In this document: positions 50,636 to 58,938 of the stretch, in pieces
How positions within the stretch are numbered: position 1 is the first letter of the stretch
How the letters are laid out: each line of letters begins with the position of its first letter
Source of the DNA: Bordetella parapertussis
GTDB taxonomy: Bacteria; Pseudomonadota; Gammaproteobacteria; Burkholderiales; SG8-41
Direction: 5' to 3'
Length of the DNA: 64,000 nt
NCBI GenBank assembly: GCA_945906815.1
Contig: CAMDRT010000010.1
Span: 4,849-68,848 of the forward strand
Position numbers and translations under genes: made by a program
The notes under the pieces: generated by a model
Told to the model about the DNA's origin: nothing
The model's input: the letters and a program-made list of their open reading frames with translations, nothing else
Database searches by the model: none

Positions 50636-51628
50636 TTATTCGACCTTGATGCCCGTCGCTTTGACTACTTTGGTCCAGCGCGCGATTTCCGACGTCAGGT
50701 ATGCGCTCAGTTCCGCAGGCGTGCCCCCTACCGGCACCAGGCCGTGGCCATTCAAGCGCTCGCGCACATCGGTTTGCTTAAGCAGGCGATTCAATTCGCT
50801 ATTGAGGATGTTGACGACGTCTTGTGGCGTGCCTCGCGGCGCTAACAGGGCGGTGCGTGACATCACCACAGAATCGGGCACGCCTGCTTCGCTGAGGGTG
50901 GGCACGTCGGGCAAATCGGCTACGCGCTTGGCGGCAGTGACGGCCAGCGGGCGCACCTTGGTGCCGGTGCGCAAGTACGGCAGGCTTTCCGCTATCGGGC
51001 TGAAGATCACTGGCATCTGGCCGCCGAGGAACGCCAGCAGCGCCGGCGCGCCGCCTTTGAACGGCACGTCCTGCATCTTGATTTGCGCGTTCATCATGAA
51101 AAGCTCGACCGTCATGTGGGTGATGGTGCCTTGCCCGGCCGAGGCATACTGGATGTAATTGGGTTTCGCTTTCGCCATGGCGATCAATTCCTGCACCGTG
51201 TTGATGCCCAGCGACGGCTGCACGATCAGCACGTAAAACGATTGCCCTACGGTGCCGATGGCGGTGTAATCCTTGACCGGGTGAAACGGCAGCTTGGGAT
51301 ACAGGGGTACATTGGTGGCAATCGACGCGCTGGCGAACAACAGGGTGTAGCCATCGGGTGCAGCGCGTGCCACCAGTTCGTTGCCGAGCGAGGTACCGGC
51401 ACCGGGCCGATTATCGACGATGACGGTCTTGCCCAAACCCTCGCTGAGTTTTTGCGCCACAATGCGCGCGAGTATATCCGTGGAACCGCCCGGCGGCAGG
51501 GGCACTATCATGCGGATGGGTCTGACCGGATAGCGAGGTGCCTGCGCGGCAGCCAGCGCCGGGCAGGCCATTGTAATTGCCATCACGGCTGCGCTACACG
51601 CTGTGTTGACCCGCGGGTTTGTTGTCAT
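50636..51628 (-). CDS. Bug family (TctC-like) substrate-binding protein
   Basis: ATG 51628 follows AGGAG. YPVRPIRMIVPLPPGGSTD, DNRPGAGT and PDGYTLL. Confidence 0.85.
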   Translation of the reverse strand: MTTNPRVNTACSAAVMAITMACPALAAAQAPRYPVRPIRMIVPLPPGGSTDILARIVAQKLSEGLGKTVIVDNRPGAGTSLGNELVARAAPDGYTLLFASASIATNVPLYPKLPFHPVKDYTAIGTVGQSFYVLIVQPSLGINTVQELIAMAKAKPNYIQYASAGQGTITHMTVELFMMNAQIKMQDVPFKGGAPALLAFLGGQMPVIFSPIAESLPYLRTGTKVRPLAVTAAKRVADLPDVPTLSEAGVPDSVVMSRTALLAPRGTPQDVVNILNSELNRLLKQTDVRERLNGHGLVPVGGTPAELSAYLTSEIARWTKVVKATGIKVE

Positions 51629-51802
51629 CGTGGACTCCTGATTTGAGGCAAAAAGTATAGCAGGCAAACCTTCCATCGCAGTACTGCGCAGCCGCTAAAT
51701 CTAATGCCTACGGAAAATCGATGAAATGGCTGCGGTACGTTAAGATTACTCGTGCGCAGTATTTCAGTTTCACCATCCCCATTCATTTCGCTGGAGAAAT
51801 CG

Positions 51803-53035
51803 ATGACAGATTCAAAGACCGCAGCTCCGGGTTACCTGGCAGGAGTCCGGGTTCTGGACTTAACGCAGTTTGAGGCGGGCACCTCCTGCACCCAGGTAAT
51901 GGCGTGGCTGGGCGCTGATGTGGTGAAGGTTGAAAATCCTACCGGCGGCGATCCCGGCCGCCGCACCGGCGACACCAAACCGCACCGCGATGATCCTTAT
52001 TTTCTGAATTACAACTCCAACAAGCGCTCGGTTACGGTCAACCTGAAATCCCCGCGCGGTTTGGAGATCGTCAAGGACCTCGCGCGCAAGGCCGATGTCT
52101 TCATGGAAAATTTCGCGCCTGGCGCGATCGAACGCCTGGGATTGGGCTACGACGTGCTGAGCAAGATTAATCCCGGCATCATCTATGGGCAGGTGAAGGG
52201 CTTTGGCGAAGGCAGTCCGTATGCGAATAATCTGGCGTTCGACATGATCGCCCAGGCCTGCGGGGGCGTGATGAGTATTTCCGGTCAGCCCGACGGTCCG
52301 CCGGTGAAGCCGGGAGCGACGCTGGGGGATACGGGTACCGGAATGCTGATGCTGATCAGCATTCTGTCGGCGCTGTATCAGCGCAAGGAGACCGGCAAGG
52401 GCGTGCATTTGCAAGTGGCGATGCAGGACGCGATGCTGCACTACATCCGCAATGCGTTTGGCGTCACCATCAAATCGAACAAGCCCGCGCCGCGCGCCGG
52501 GGCGCAATCTGGCAGCGGTGTTAATCCGCCCTGCAATATTTATCCCTGTGCGCCGGGCGGGCCCAACGACTACGTCTACGTCTATACCAGTCGTGCCAAC
52601 GCGCAGCATTGGCCGCGGCTGCTCGAGGCGATTGGACGCAAAGATCTGATCGGTGATCCACGCTACGACAAGCGGGAGGAGCGCGCCAAACGGGAGAAGG
52701 AAGTCGACGCCATCATCAGCGAATGGACGATGAAGCACGACAAGTATGAGGCGATGCGGGTGATCGGCGCCGCCACGCCTGCGGGCGCCGTGCGCGACAC
52801 ACTGGAACTGCTGAACGACCCCAATTTCGAGGAGCGCGGCATCATTCAGGCCATACAGCACCCGACCGGACCGTTCAAGATGGCGGGCTGGCCGGTGCGC
52901 TTTAACGGCAAGACAGCGCCGGTGATACCCGCGCCGCTCCTCGGCCAGCACAGCGACGAGGTGATGAAGGATTGGCTGGGGCTGGATGCGGCGCAGGTGT
53001 CGGCACTACACAGCGACAAGGTGCTTTCGTCGTAG
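51803..53035 (+). CDS. family III CoA-transferase, formyl-CoA-transferase (Frc)-like
   Basis: ATG 51803. LAGVRVLDLTQFEAGTSCTQVMAWLGADVVKVE, FMENFAPGA..RLG, and GATLGDTGTG containing the catalytic Asp position. Confidence 0.8.
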   Translation: MTDSKTAAPGYLAGVRVLDLTQFEAGTSCTQVMAWLGADVVKVENPTGGDPGRRTGDTKPHRDDPYFLNYNSNKRSVTVNLKSPRGLEIVKDLARKADVFMENFAPGAIERLGLGYDVLSKINPGIIYGQVKGFGEGSPYANNLAFDMIAQACGGVMSISGQPDGPPVKPGATLGDTGTGMLMLISILSALYQRKETGKGVHLQVAMQDAMLHYIRNAFGVTIKSNKPAPRAGAQSGSGVNPPCNIYPCAPGGPNDYVYVYTSRANAQHWPRLLEAIGRKDLIGDPRYDKREERAKREKEVDAIISEWTMKHDKYEAMRVIGAATPAGAVRDTLELLNDPNFEERGIIQAIQHPTGPFKMAGWPVRFNGKTAPVIPAPLLGQHSDEVMKDWLGLDAAQVSALHSDKVLSS

Positions 53036-53044
53036 CTTAACGGC

Positions 53045-53138
53045 GTGAAGAGTGAAGGGTGACGCGTGAAGAGTAACGGCAACCCCAGTGGTTTGCCGTT
53101 ACTCTTCACTCTTCACCCTGCACCCTTCACGCCCTCAC
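53045..53138. repeat. heptad-built palindrome between the CoA-transferase and ThDP-enzyme genes
   Basis: GTGAAGA GTGAAGG GTGACGC GTGAAGA GTAACGG, loop, CCGTTAC TCTTCAC TCTTCAC CCTGCAC CCTTCAC GCCCTCAC. 17-bp perfect stem 53066-82 with 53093-109. Confidence 0.8.
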
Positions 53139-53160
53139 AAACACATAAGGAGAAATAACG

Positions 53161-54813
53161 ATGGCCGATACCACCGGTAATGAAATTCTGGCGAAAGCCC
53201 TGAAAAACGAAGGCACCAACCACATCTTCTACATCATGGGCGGGCCGATGCAGCACGCCGAAACCGCCTGTGCCAAGGAAGGCATCAGCATGATCGACGT
53301 GCGCCATGAGCAGGCCGCAGCACTGTCGGCGCAAGCCTACAGTCGGCTGTTGCAAAAGCCCAGCGTGTGCATGGCGGCGAGCGGCCCTGGCGTGATCAAT
53401 CTCACCACCGGTGTGGCCAATGCGCTGATCGACTGTGCGCCGGTGGTAGCGATCGGCGGTTCCAGCTCGATCCATCAAATTGGCCGGCAGACGTTTCAGG
53501 ACATCGACCAGGTTGCCATCATGCGCGGCTGCACCAAGTGGACCGACCAGGTGATCGACGTCCGGCGCATACCCGAAATGGTCAATACCGCGTTCCAGAA
53601 AGCGATGGGCGGCAAGCCTGGGCCGGTATATCTGGATTGCCCCGCCGACGTTCTGTACGAGACAGTAGCCGAAGAAAAAGTGCAATGGGACCTCTCCGGC
53701 CGCGCGCTACTGCGGCCGCGTCCGATGGGCGAAGCGGCGCAAGTCGAAAAGCTACTCGCGACGCTGGCCAAGGCGAAAAATCCGCTCATCCTCACCGGCA
53801 GCGGCGTGATCTGGTCGCAGGCGTGGCCGGAACTGCAATCGTTCGTCGAACAAGCCGGCATACCGTTTTACACCACACCGCAGGGCCGCGGCGTGTTGCC
53901 CGACGATCACCCGTTGTCGTTCCTCACCATGCGCTCCTCGGCGTTCAAAGATGCCGATGTGATTCTGATCATCGGTACCCGTATGAATTACATCATTGGC
54001 CACGCCGCACCGCCGCGCTTTGCCGCCGGTGCGACGATTGCGCGCATCGACATCGATGCGGATGAAATTGCATCCTCACCGCGCAAAGTGGATATCGGCA
54101 TCGTGGGCGATTGCAAAGCGGTGTTGCAGCAACTGCTGGCTGCCATGCCCGGGCGCATCGATGCAAAAAACTATGCGTCATGGCGCGACATGCTGGCCTC
54201 GGGCGAAGCGAAAAAGCGCGGCGAAACCGGCGGTGGCATGGCGATGAACAAAATGCCGATCCATCCGCTGCGCCTGTGTGAGGAAGTCAAGAACTTCATG
54301 AAGCGCGATGCCATCCTGGTGGTGGACGGCCAGGAAATATTGAACTTTGGCCGCCAATCCATGCCGACCTTCGCGCCGGCGCACCGCCTGAACTCCGGCC
54401 CCTTCGGCATGATGGGCGTGGGCATGCCGTTCGGCGTGGGCGCCAAGGTCGCGTGCCCCGACAAGCAGGTCATTGTGGTGCACGGTGATGGTTCATTCGG
54501 CCTTAACGCAATGGAACTGGATACCGCGGTGCGGCACAAAATTCCGATACTGGTGGTCATCAGCCTGAACGGTGGCTGGACCGCCGACCCCAAGCGCGAA
54601 AAAACCGGGCGCAATCTCGGCTTTACGCGTTATGACAAAATGGCCGAAGGGCTGGGCTGTTACGGCGAATACGTGGAAAAACCGGAAGATATCGCCGGGG
54701 CATTGCAACGTGCGCAGGCAAAAGTCGATCAGGGCATGGTGGCTGTGGTCAACATCAAGACCGACGACACCGCGCGCGCCGGCACGGTGGCGTTTTCGTC
54801 GCATTCGACGTAG
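53161..54813 (+). CDS. thiamine-diphosphate-dependent enzyme, oxalyl-CoA decarboxylase / 2-hydroxyacyl-CoA lyase / acetolactate-synthase-like
   Basis: 550 aa. RHEQAAA..A.AY, GPG..N...G.A.A, and GDGSFG....EL.T......P..V...NNGG-like motif (HGDGSFGLNAMELDTAVRHKIPILVVISLNGGW). Confidence 0.8.
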   Translation: MADTTGNEILAKALKNEGTNHIFYIMGGPMQHAETACAKEGISMIDVRHEQAAALSAQAYSRLLQKPSVCMAASGPGVINLTTGVANALIDCAPVVAIGGSSSIHQIGRQTFQDIDQVAIMRGCTKWTDQVIDVRRIPEMVNTAFQKAMGGKPGPVYLDCPADVLYETVAEEKVQWDLSGRALLRPRPMGEAAQVEKLLATLAKAKNPLILTGSGVIWSQAWPELQSFVEQAGIPFYTTPQGRGVLPDDHPLSFLTMRSSAFKDADVILIIGTRMNYIIGHAAPPRFAAGATIARIDIDADEIASSPRKVDIGIVGDCKAVLQQLLAAMPGRIDAKNYASWRDMLASGEAKKRGETGGGMAMNKMPIHPLRLCEEVKNFMKRDAILVVDGQEILNFGRQSMPTFAPAHRLNSGPFGMMGVGMPFGVGAKVACPDKQVIVVHGDGSFGLNAMELDTAVRHKIPILVVISLNGGWTADPKREKTGRNLGFTRYDKMAEGLGCYGEYVEKPEDIAGALQRAQAKVDQGMVAVVNIKTDDTARAGTVAFSSHST

Positions 54814-54819
54814 AGTGGT

Positions 54820-54936
54820 GTTAAGAGTTAAGAGTTAAGAGTTAAGAGTTAAGAGTTAAAAGTTGGGCGTGCGGAGTTGGGGTTACTCCAGACTCTGAAC
54901 ACCCAACTCCAAACCCGGTAATCGCTAACTACTAAC
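54820..54936. repeat. GTTAAGA x5 tandem repeat continuing into a mirrored heptad array
   Basis: Nine consecutive GT-initiated heptads (GTTAAGA x5, GTTAAAA, GTTGGGC, GTGCGGA, GTTGGGG), then heptads ending in AC (TCCAGAC TCTGAAC ACCCAAC TCCAAAC ... TCGCTAAC TACTAAC). 9-bp stem 54873-81 with 54902-10. Confidence 0.8.
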
Positions 54937-54951
54937 CGCAAGGAGACCATC

Positions 54952-55977
54952 ATGATCGACATGCATGCGCACTGGAGACCTGCTGAAGTTATCGACGCGC
55001 TACGCGCCCGCACCCGCGAGCCGCACATCGTGCGCAACGCCGATGGCGTCGAAGTGTTGAAAACACGCAACGGTGAAGAGCCACTGTCCAAGGCGTTTGA
55101 TGACGTGGAATTTCATCTTGCGCGCATGGATCGCCAGGGTGTGACCACCAGTGCGCTGTCGCTGGTGGGTGGTTTCTGCTGGATCGAATCGCAGCCGGTC
55201 GAGGTTTCACTGCCGCTGTGCCGGATGGTCAACGACGCGCTGTCGAAGATTACCCAGAAATACCCAGGGCGCTTTGCGGCGTTTGCCGCACTGCCGCTCG
55301 CGGATATGGCCGTGGCCGCCGCCGAGCTGGATCGTGCGATGTCTTTGCCGGGTGTCATAGGCACGCAAATACCGGGCAATCTGTTTCTCACGCGCAAGCA
55401 TGCTGAAGCGGCGCGCCCGCTGCTGGAGGTGGCGAATCGCCAGCGTGGCATCCTGTTTGTACATCACGGCCCGCGCCCGGGCGATGCCTTTCCCAAGGTC
55501 GCCGGCGATACCGACAACGCGCGCCGCCGCAACGGCACGCTCGACATGCAGGCGAGCCTGTCCTCGGTGATGGTGACACTGTGTCTGACCGACCTCCTCG
55601 CGCCGTACCCTGACGCAACGTTGCTGGTTCACAACCTCGGCGGCAATATTCCGTATGAGATCGAGCGTATGGATCATCGCTGCCTGCTGGATACGCCGAA
55701 GGAAGAACTGCCGTCCTCGCGCTTTCGCCGCGCCAAGGTGTACGTGGATTGCAACTCGTTTGGTCCGCGCTCCATCGAGGCTGGCGTGCATCTGTACGGC
55801 GCCGAGCGCATAGTGTGCGGCACCGATGGCAGTGAATTTGGCTGCGATTGGACCAGCAAGGCACTCCAGGAAGCGAATATCGGCGCCGCTGCGCGCGAGG
55901 CTATTCTGCACGGCAATGCCGGAGCGATGCTGTCGCGTGCGGCCAAGATCGCGCCGCGCGAAACAGTCGCCGCATAG
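54952..55977 (+). CDS. amidohydrolase_2 (ACMSD-like) family protein
   Basis: MIDMHAHW, later His/Asp motifs, CGTDGSEF near the C-terminus. Confidence 0.7.
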   Translation: MIDMHAHWRPAEVIDALRARTREPHIVRNADGVEVLKTRNGEEPLSKAFDDVEFHLARMDRQGVTTSALSLVGGFCWIESQPVEVSLPLCRMVNDALSKITQKYPGRFAAFAALPLADMAVAAAELDRAMSLPGVIGTQIPGNLFLTRKHAEAARPLLEVANRQRGILFVHHGPRPGDAFPKVAGDTDNARRRNGTLDMQASLSSVMVTLCLTDLLAPYPDATLLVHNLGGNIPYEIERMDHRCLLDTPKEELPSSRFRRAKVYVDCNSFGPRSIEAGVHLYGAERIVCGTDGSEFGCDWTSKALQEANIGAAAREAILHGNAGAMLSRAAKIAPRETVAA

Positions 55978-56148
55978 TCCGTGCGCGCCCGCCGGGGCGC
56001 GGATGGATTGGGTAGTTCTACGTACCGCAACCGATAGGCATGCCGTAATCTGCATATGATTACGGCATGGCGTGCTAGACTTTAATGGAACAAGTGCAGA
56101 GGTGACGGGGCAAGCGCAGAGGTGACTTAAACAGCTCAAGGGGTAATC

Positions 56149-56449
56149 ATGGATTATGACCTTCTGATTAAGCATGGCCGCATAGTTGATGGTTCGGGGA
56201 TGCCGGCTTTTCGCGGTGATGTCGGGGTGCGCAACGGCAAAATTGCCGAGCTCGGAAAATTGAGCGGCTCTGCCAAACGCACGCTGGATGCCGCGGGGCG
56301 GGTCATCGCTCCGGGCTTTGTCGATAACCATTGCCACTTCGATGCCCAGGTCACCTGGGACCTGCTCATTCTCTCCGCAATACGGCGCCACCACGCTGGT
56401 GTTCGGCAAGTTGGCCCGCAACACCTACTACCACGCACACGCGGCCTGA
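56149..56449 (+). pseudogene. truncated, frameshifted N-terminal remnant of an N-acyl-D-amino-acid deacylase (amidohydrolase_3)
   Basis: MDYDLLIKHGRIVDGSGMPAFRGDVGVRNGKIAELG...APGFVDNHCHFDAQVTWD. The expected ...SPQYGATTLVFG continues in the +1 frame from about 56351 and stops at 56447-49. The roughly 400 following codons are absent. Confidence 0.7.
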
Positions 56450-56482
56450 GCGCGGCGCTGGTTTCATCCTGGATCAATTGAT

Positions 56483-56610
56483 CAGCCACAGAACGCAGAG
56501 TTCACCGAGGAATATCAACCATCCAAGTCATTTAATATGCCACGCCAATGGGGTGGATTTATAACGCTGTTGCCATCCCTTGATCGATCTCTTTGTGTTC
56601 TCCGTGGCTG
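56483..56610. repeat. imperfect inverted repeat pair flanking about 90 bp (MITE-like or deletion scar)
   Basis: CAGCCACAGAACGCAGAG (56483-56500) versus the reverse complement of CTCTTTGTGTTCTCCGTGGCTG (56589-56610). 16 matched positions with a 2-nt bulge. GATC-rich palindromes lie next to both arms. Confidence 0.4.
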
Positions 56611-56658
56611 AACTGCTGTTTTTGATTCATTTCATAAACTGTCACTAGGGAGATTTCA

Positions 56659-57909
56659 ATGAAAGACAATCTACGTTTCGTCGACTCCGATATGCATGTG
56701 ATGGAGCCGCCCGATCTGTTCGAGCGCTACCTGGACCCGAAGTATAAAGATCGCGTCACCGTAAAGCTCGGCGCCAATGGTCGCCCGACGCGCGGCGCCA
56801 CCGGCTTGATCCTCATCGACGGGCAGCCCACCTCGGACAACGATCTGCAGCAATACCGCAAACCGCGCAGTGCAGCCAAGACCAAAGTGCTTTCGCCGCT
56901 TGCCGGATCGCGGCTGCAGGAGACGGACCGGCTCGATTTCGCGATTGCGCGTGATTACGATCCTGAGGCGCAGGTCATGGGCATGGCGGGGGAAGGCGTC
57001 GATATTGCGGTGCTTTTTCCTACCATGGGCCTGGGCCTGCTCGCGCGCAACGGCATTGAGCCGCGGCTGTCTTTGGCGATATGCCAGGCGTATAACAACT
57101 GGGTGCACGAATTCTGCCAACACAGCCCGGAGCGCCTGAAGTTCGCGGCCATGCTGCCGATGCACGATGTGCATTTGGCGTGCAAGGAATTGACGAGGTG
57201 CGTGACGGAACTCGGCGCCGTGGGTTCCTTCATCCGGCCGAATCTGGTGAACGGCCACTACTGGCATTCGAACTACTGGGACCCGCTCTACAGCGTGCAC
57301 GAAGAGTTGAACGTGGCCTGGGGATTCCACGAAGGCGTGAGCGCCCAGTACTCGCACATGATCGAGCTCTACGGCGAGAATCGCTTCTACCGTCACGTGG
57401 CCGCGCACTGGATCGAGATGCAGCAGTCGATGATCGCGATGATCATCGGCGGCGTGTTCGAATTTCATCCGAAACTGCGGGTGGCGTTCCTGGAAGCGAA
57501 CAACTCCTGGGTGCCCGGACTGCTGTCACGCATCGAGAACGACTATCCGCAGTACCGCGACACGCACGCCCCTTACCTCAGCCTCACCCCGAAGGAGTAT
57601 TTCCATCGCAACTGCTGGGCCGCGGTCGAGGGCAGCGAACCGGAGATCGAAGCCACTGCCACCTTCATCGGTGCCGAGCGCATGTGCATCTCCACCGACT
57701 ATCCGCACTTTGACTCCAACTACCCGAACGTGGGCAACAACCTGCTGAAGAACTGCAGCCGTGATACAGCGGCGAAGATACTGGCGGGCGGCGCAGCGCT
57801 TTACGGCTTCACCGAGGCCGACTTCCGCAAGGCAGACAAAGCGGCGGCTGCGGGCAGCAATGGCAAGGCCAAGCCGGCCGTGAAGCGCAGGGCAGCGATG
57901 GTGGCGTGA
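56659..57909 (+). CDS. amidohydrolase_2 (ACMSD/LigW-like) family protein
   Basis: 416 aa. VDSDMHVMEP, YNNW..EFC...PERLKF, STDYPHFD. Confidence 0.75.
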   Translation: MKDNLRFVDSDMHVMEPPDLFERYLDPKYKDRVTVKLGANGRPTRGATGLILIDGQPTSDNDLQQYRKPRSAAKTKVLSPLAGSRLQETDRLDFAIARDYDPEAQVMGMAGEGVDIAVLFPTMGLGLLARNGIEPRLSLAICQAYNNWVHEFCQHSPERLKFAAMLPMHDVHLACKELTRCVTELGAVGSFIRPNLVNGHYWHSNYWDPLYSVHEELNVAWGFHEGVSAQYSHMIELYGENRFYRHVAAHWIEMQQSMIAMIIGGVFEFHPKLRVAFLEANNSWVPGLLSRIENDYPQYRDTHAPYLSLTPKEYFHRNCWAAVEGSEPEIEATATFIGAERMCISTDYPHFDSNYPNVGNNLLKNCSRDTAAKILAGGAALYGFTEADFRKADKAAAAGSNGKAKPAVKRRAAMVA

Positions 57910-58895
57910 CGCGCGCAGGGCGCATGCCAAAGCGGAGGGAATCGCTGATTGCCGCGGTAGTGGTAGCGCTGGCCTGGCTGCCGGCGGCGGCGCACGCACA
58001 GGCGTATCCGGTGAAGCCCGTGCGTATCGTCGTCTCGTGGCCGCCGGGCGGCTCCAACGACGTCGTGGCGCGCGTCATGGCGCAGAAGCTCACCGAAACG
58101 CTGGGTCAGACCTTCGTGGTCGAGAATCGGGGGGGCGCGACGGGCACCATCGGCTCCGACCTGGTAGCGAAAAGCGCGGCGGATGGCTACACGGTCCTGG
58201 TCAACTCGGCCACCCACGTTGCGAACCCGCATATCTACAAGAAGCTGCCCTACGACACGATGAAGGATTTCACTGGCGTGCTGCCGCTCGCCGTGCAGAT
58301 CGGAATGCTCGTCGTGCATCCCGCGCTGCCGGTGAGGTCGGTGACGGAGCTGATAGCGCTCGCCAAATCCAGGCCGGAGCAGATCGCATGGGCCTCCACC
58401 GGCACCGGTAGCTACACCTGGCTCGCCATGGCGCTGCTGCTGCAGATGAGCGGAACGAAAATGCTGGAGGTCAACTACAAGGGCGGCGGTGCTGCCGTCA
58501 TCGCCCTCACCGCCGGCGAGACCCAGGTGTTTTTTGTGGGTATCGGCTCTCTTGCTGCAGCCCTCTCGGCGGGGCGGGTGCGCGCGCTCGGTGTGGCGTC
58601 CGACAAGCGCTTAAAGCAGTTCCCCGAGGTGCCGACGATCGCGGAAAGCGTTCCCGGCTACGAGCTGACCGCGTGGATCGGCTCGTTCGTGCCGTCGGCC
58701 ACGCCGCGCTCGCTGGTGGAGCGTCTCAATGCCGAGTTCCAGAAGGCGCTGAATCATCCCGACGCTACCAGGATACTCGGCTCGCAGGCGCTCGACCCGA
58801 TGCCTATGACGGTCGACGAATTCGCCCGGCGTTTGCAAGCGGACTACGACAAATACGAGAGCATCATCAGGACCACGGGCGCACGGGCGCAGTAA
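57906..58895 (+). CDS. Bug family (TctC-like) substrate-binding protein
   Basis: YPVKPVRIVVSWPPGGSND, ENRGGATG, ADGYTVL and NYKGG. Start GTG 57906 or ATG 57924. Confidence 0.85.
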   Translation: MTRAGRMPKRRESLIAAVVVALAWLPAAAHAQAYPVKPVRIVVSWPPGGSNDVVARVMAQKLTETLGQTFVVENRGGATGTIGSDLVAKSAADGYTVLVNSATHVANPHIYKKLPYDTMKDFTGVLPLAVQIGMLVVHPALPVRSVTELIALAKSRPEQIAWASTGTGSYTWLAMALLLQMSGTKMLEVNYKGGGAAVIALTAGETQVFFVGIGSLAAALSAGRVRALGVASDKRLKQFPEVPTIAESVPGYELTAWIGSFVPSATPRSLVERLNAEFQKALNHPDATRILGSQALDPMPMTVDEFARRLQADYDKYESIIRTTGARAQ

Positions 58896-58938
58896 GCATC
58901 GCATGAACGCTGCGAGCAGACTTAATGAGGAGCGATAA

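Noticed and set aside
54820-54861. Possible CRISPR array (regular GTTAAGA repeats)
   Set aside because: The unit is 7 nt with no spacers, and no cas genes are present. It is a microsatellite or heptad array, not a CRISPR.
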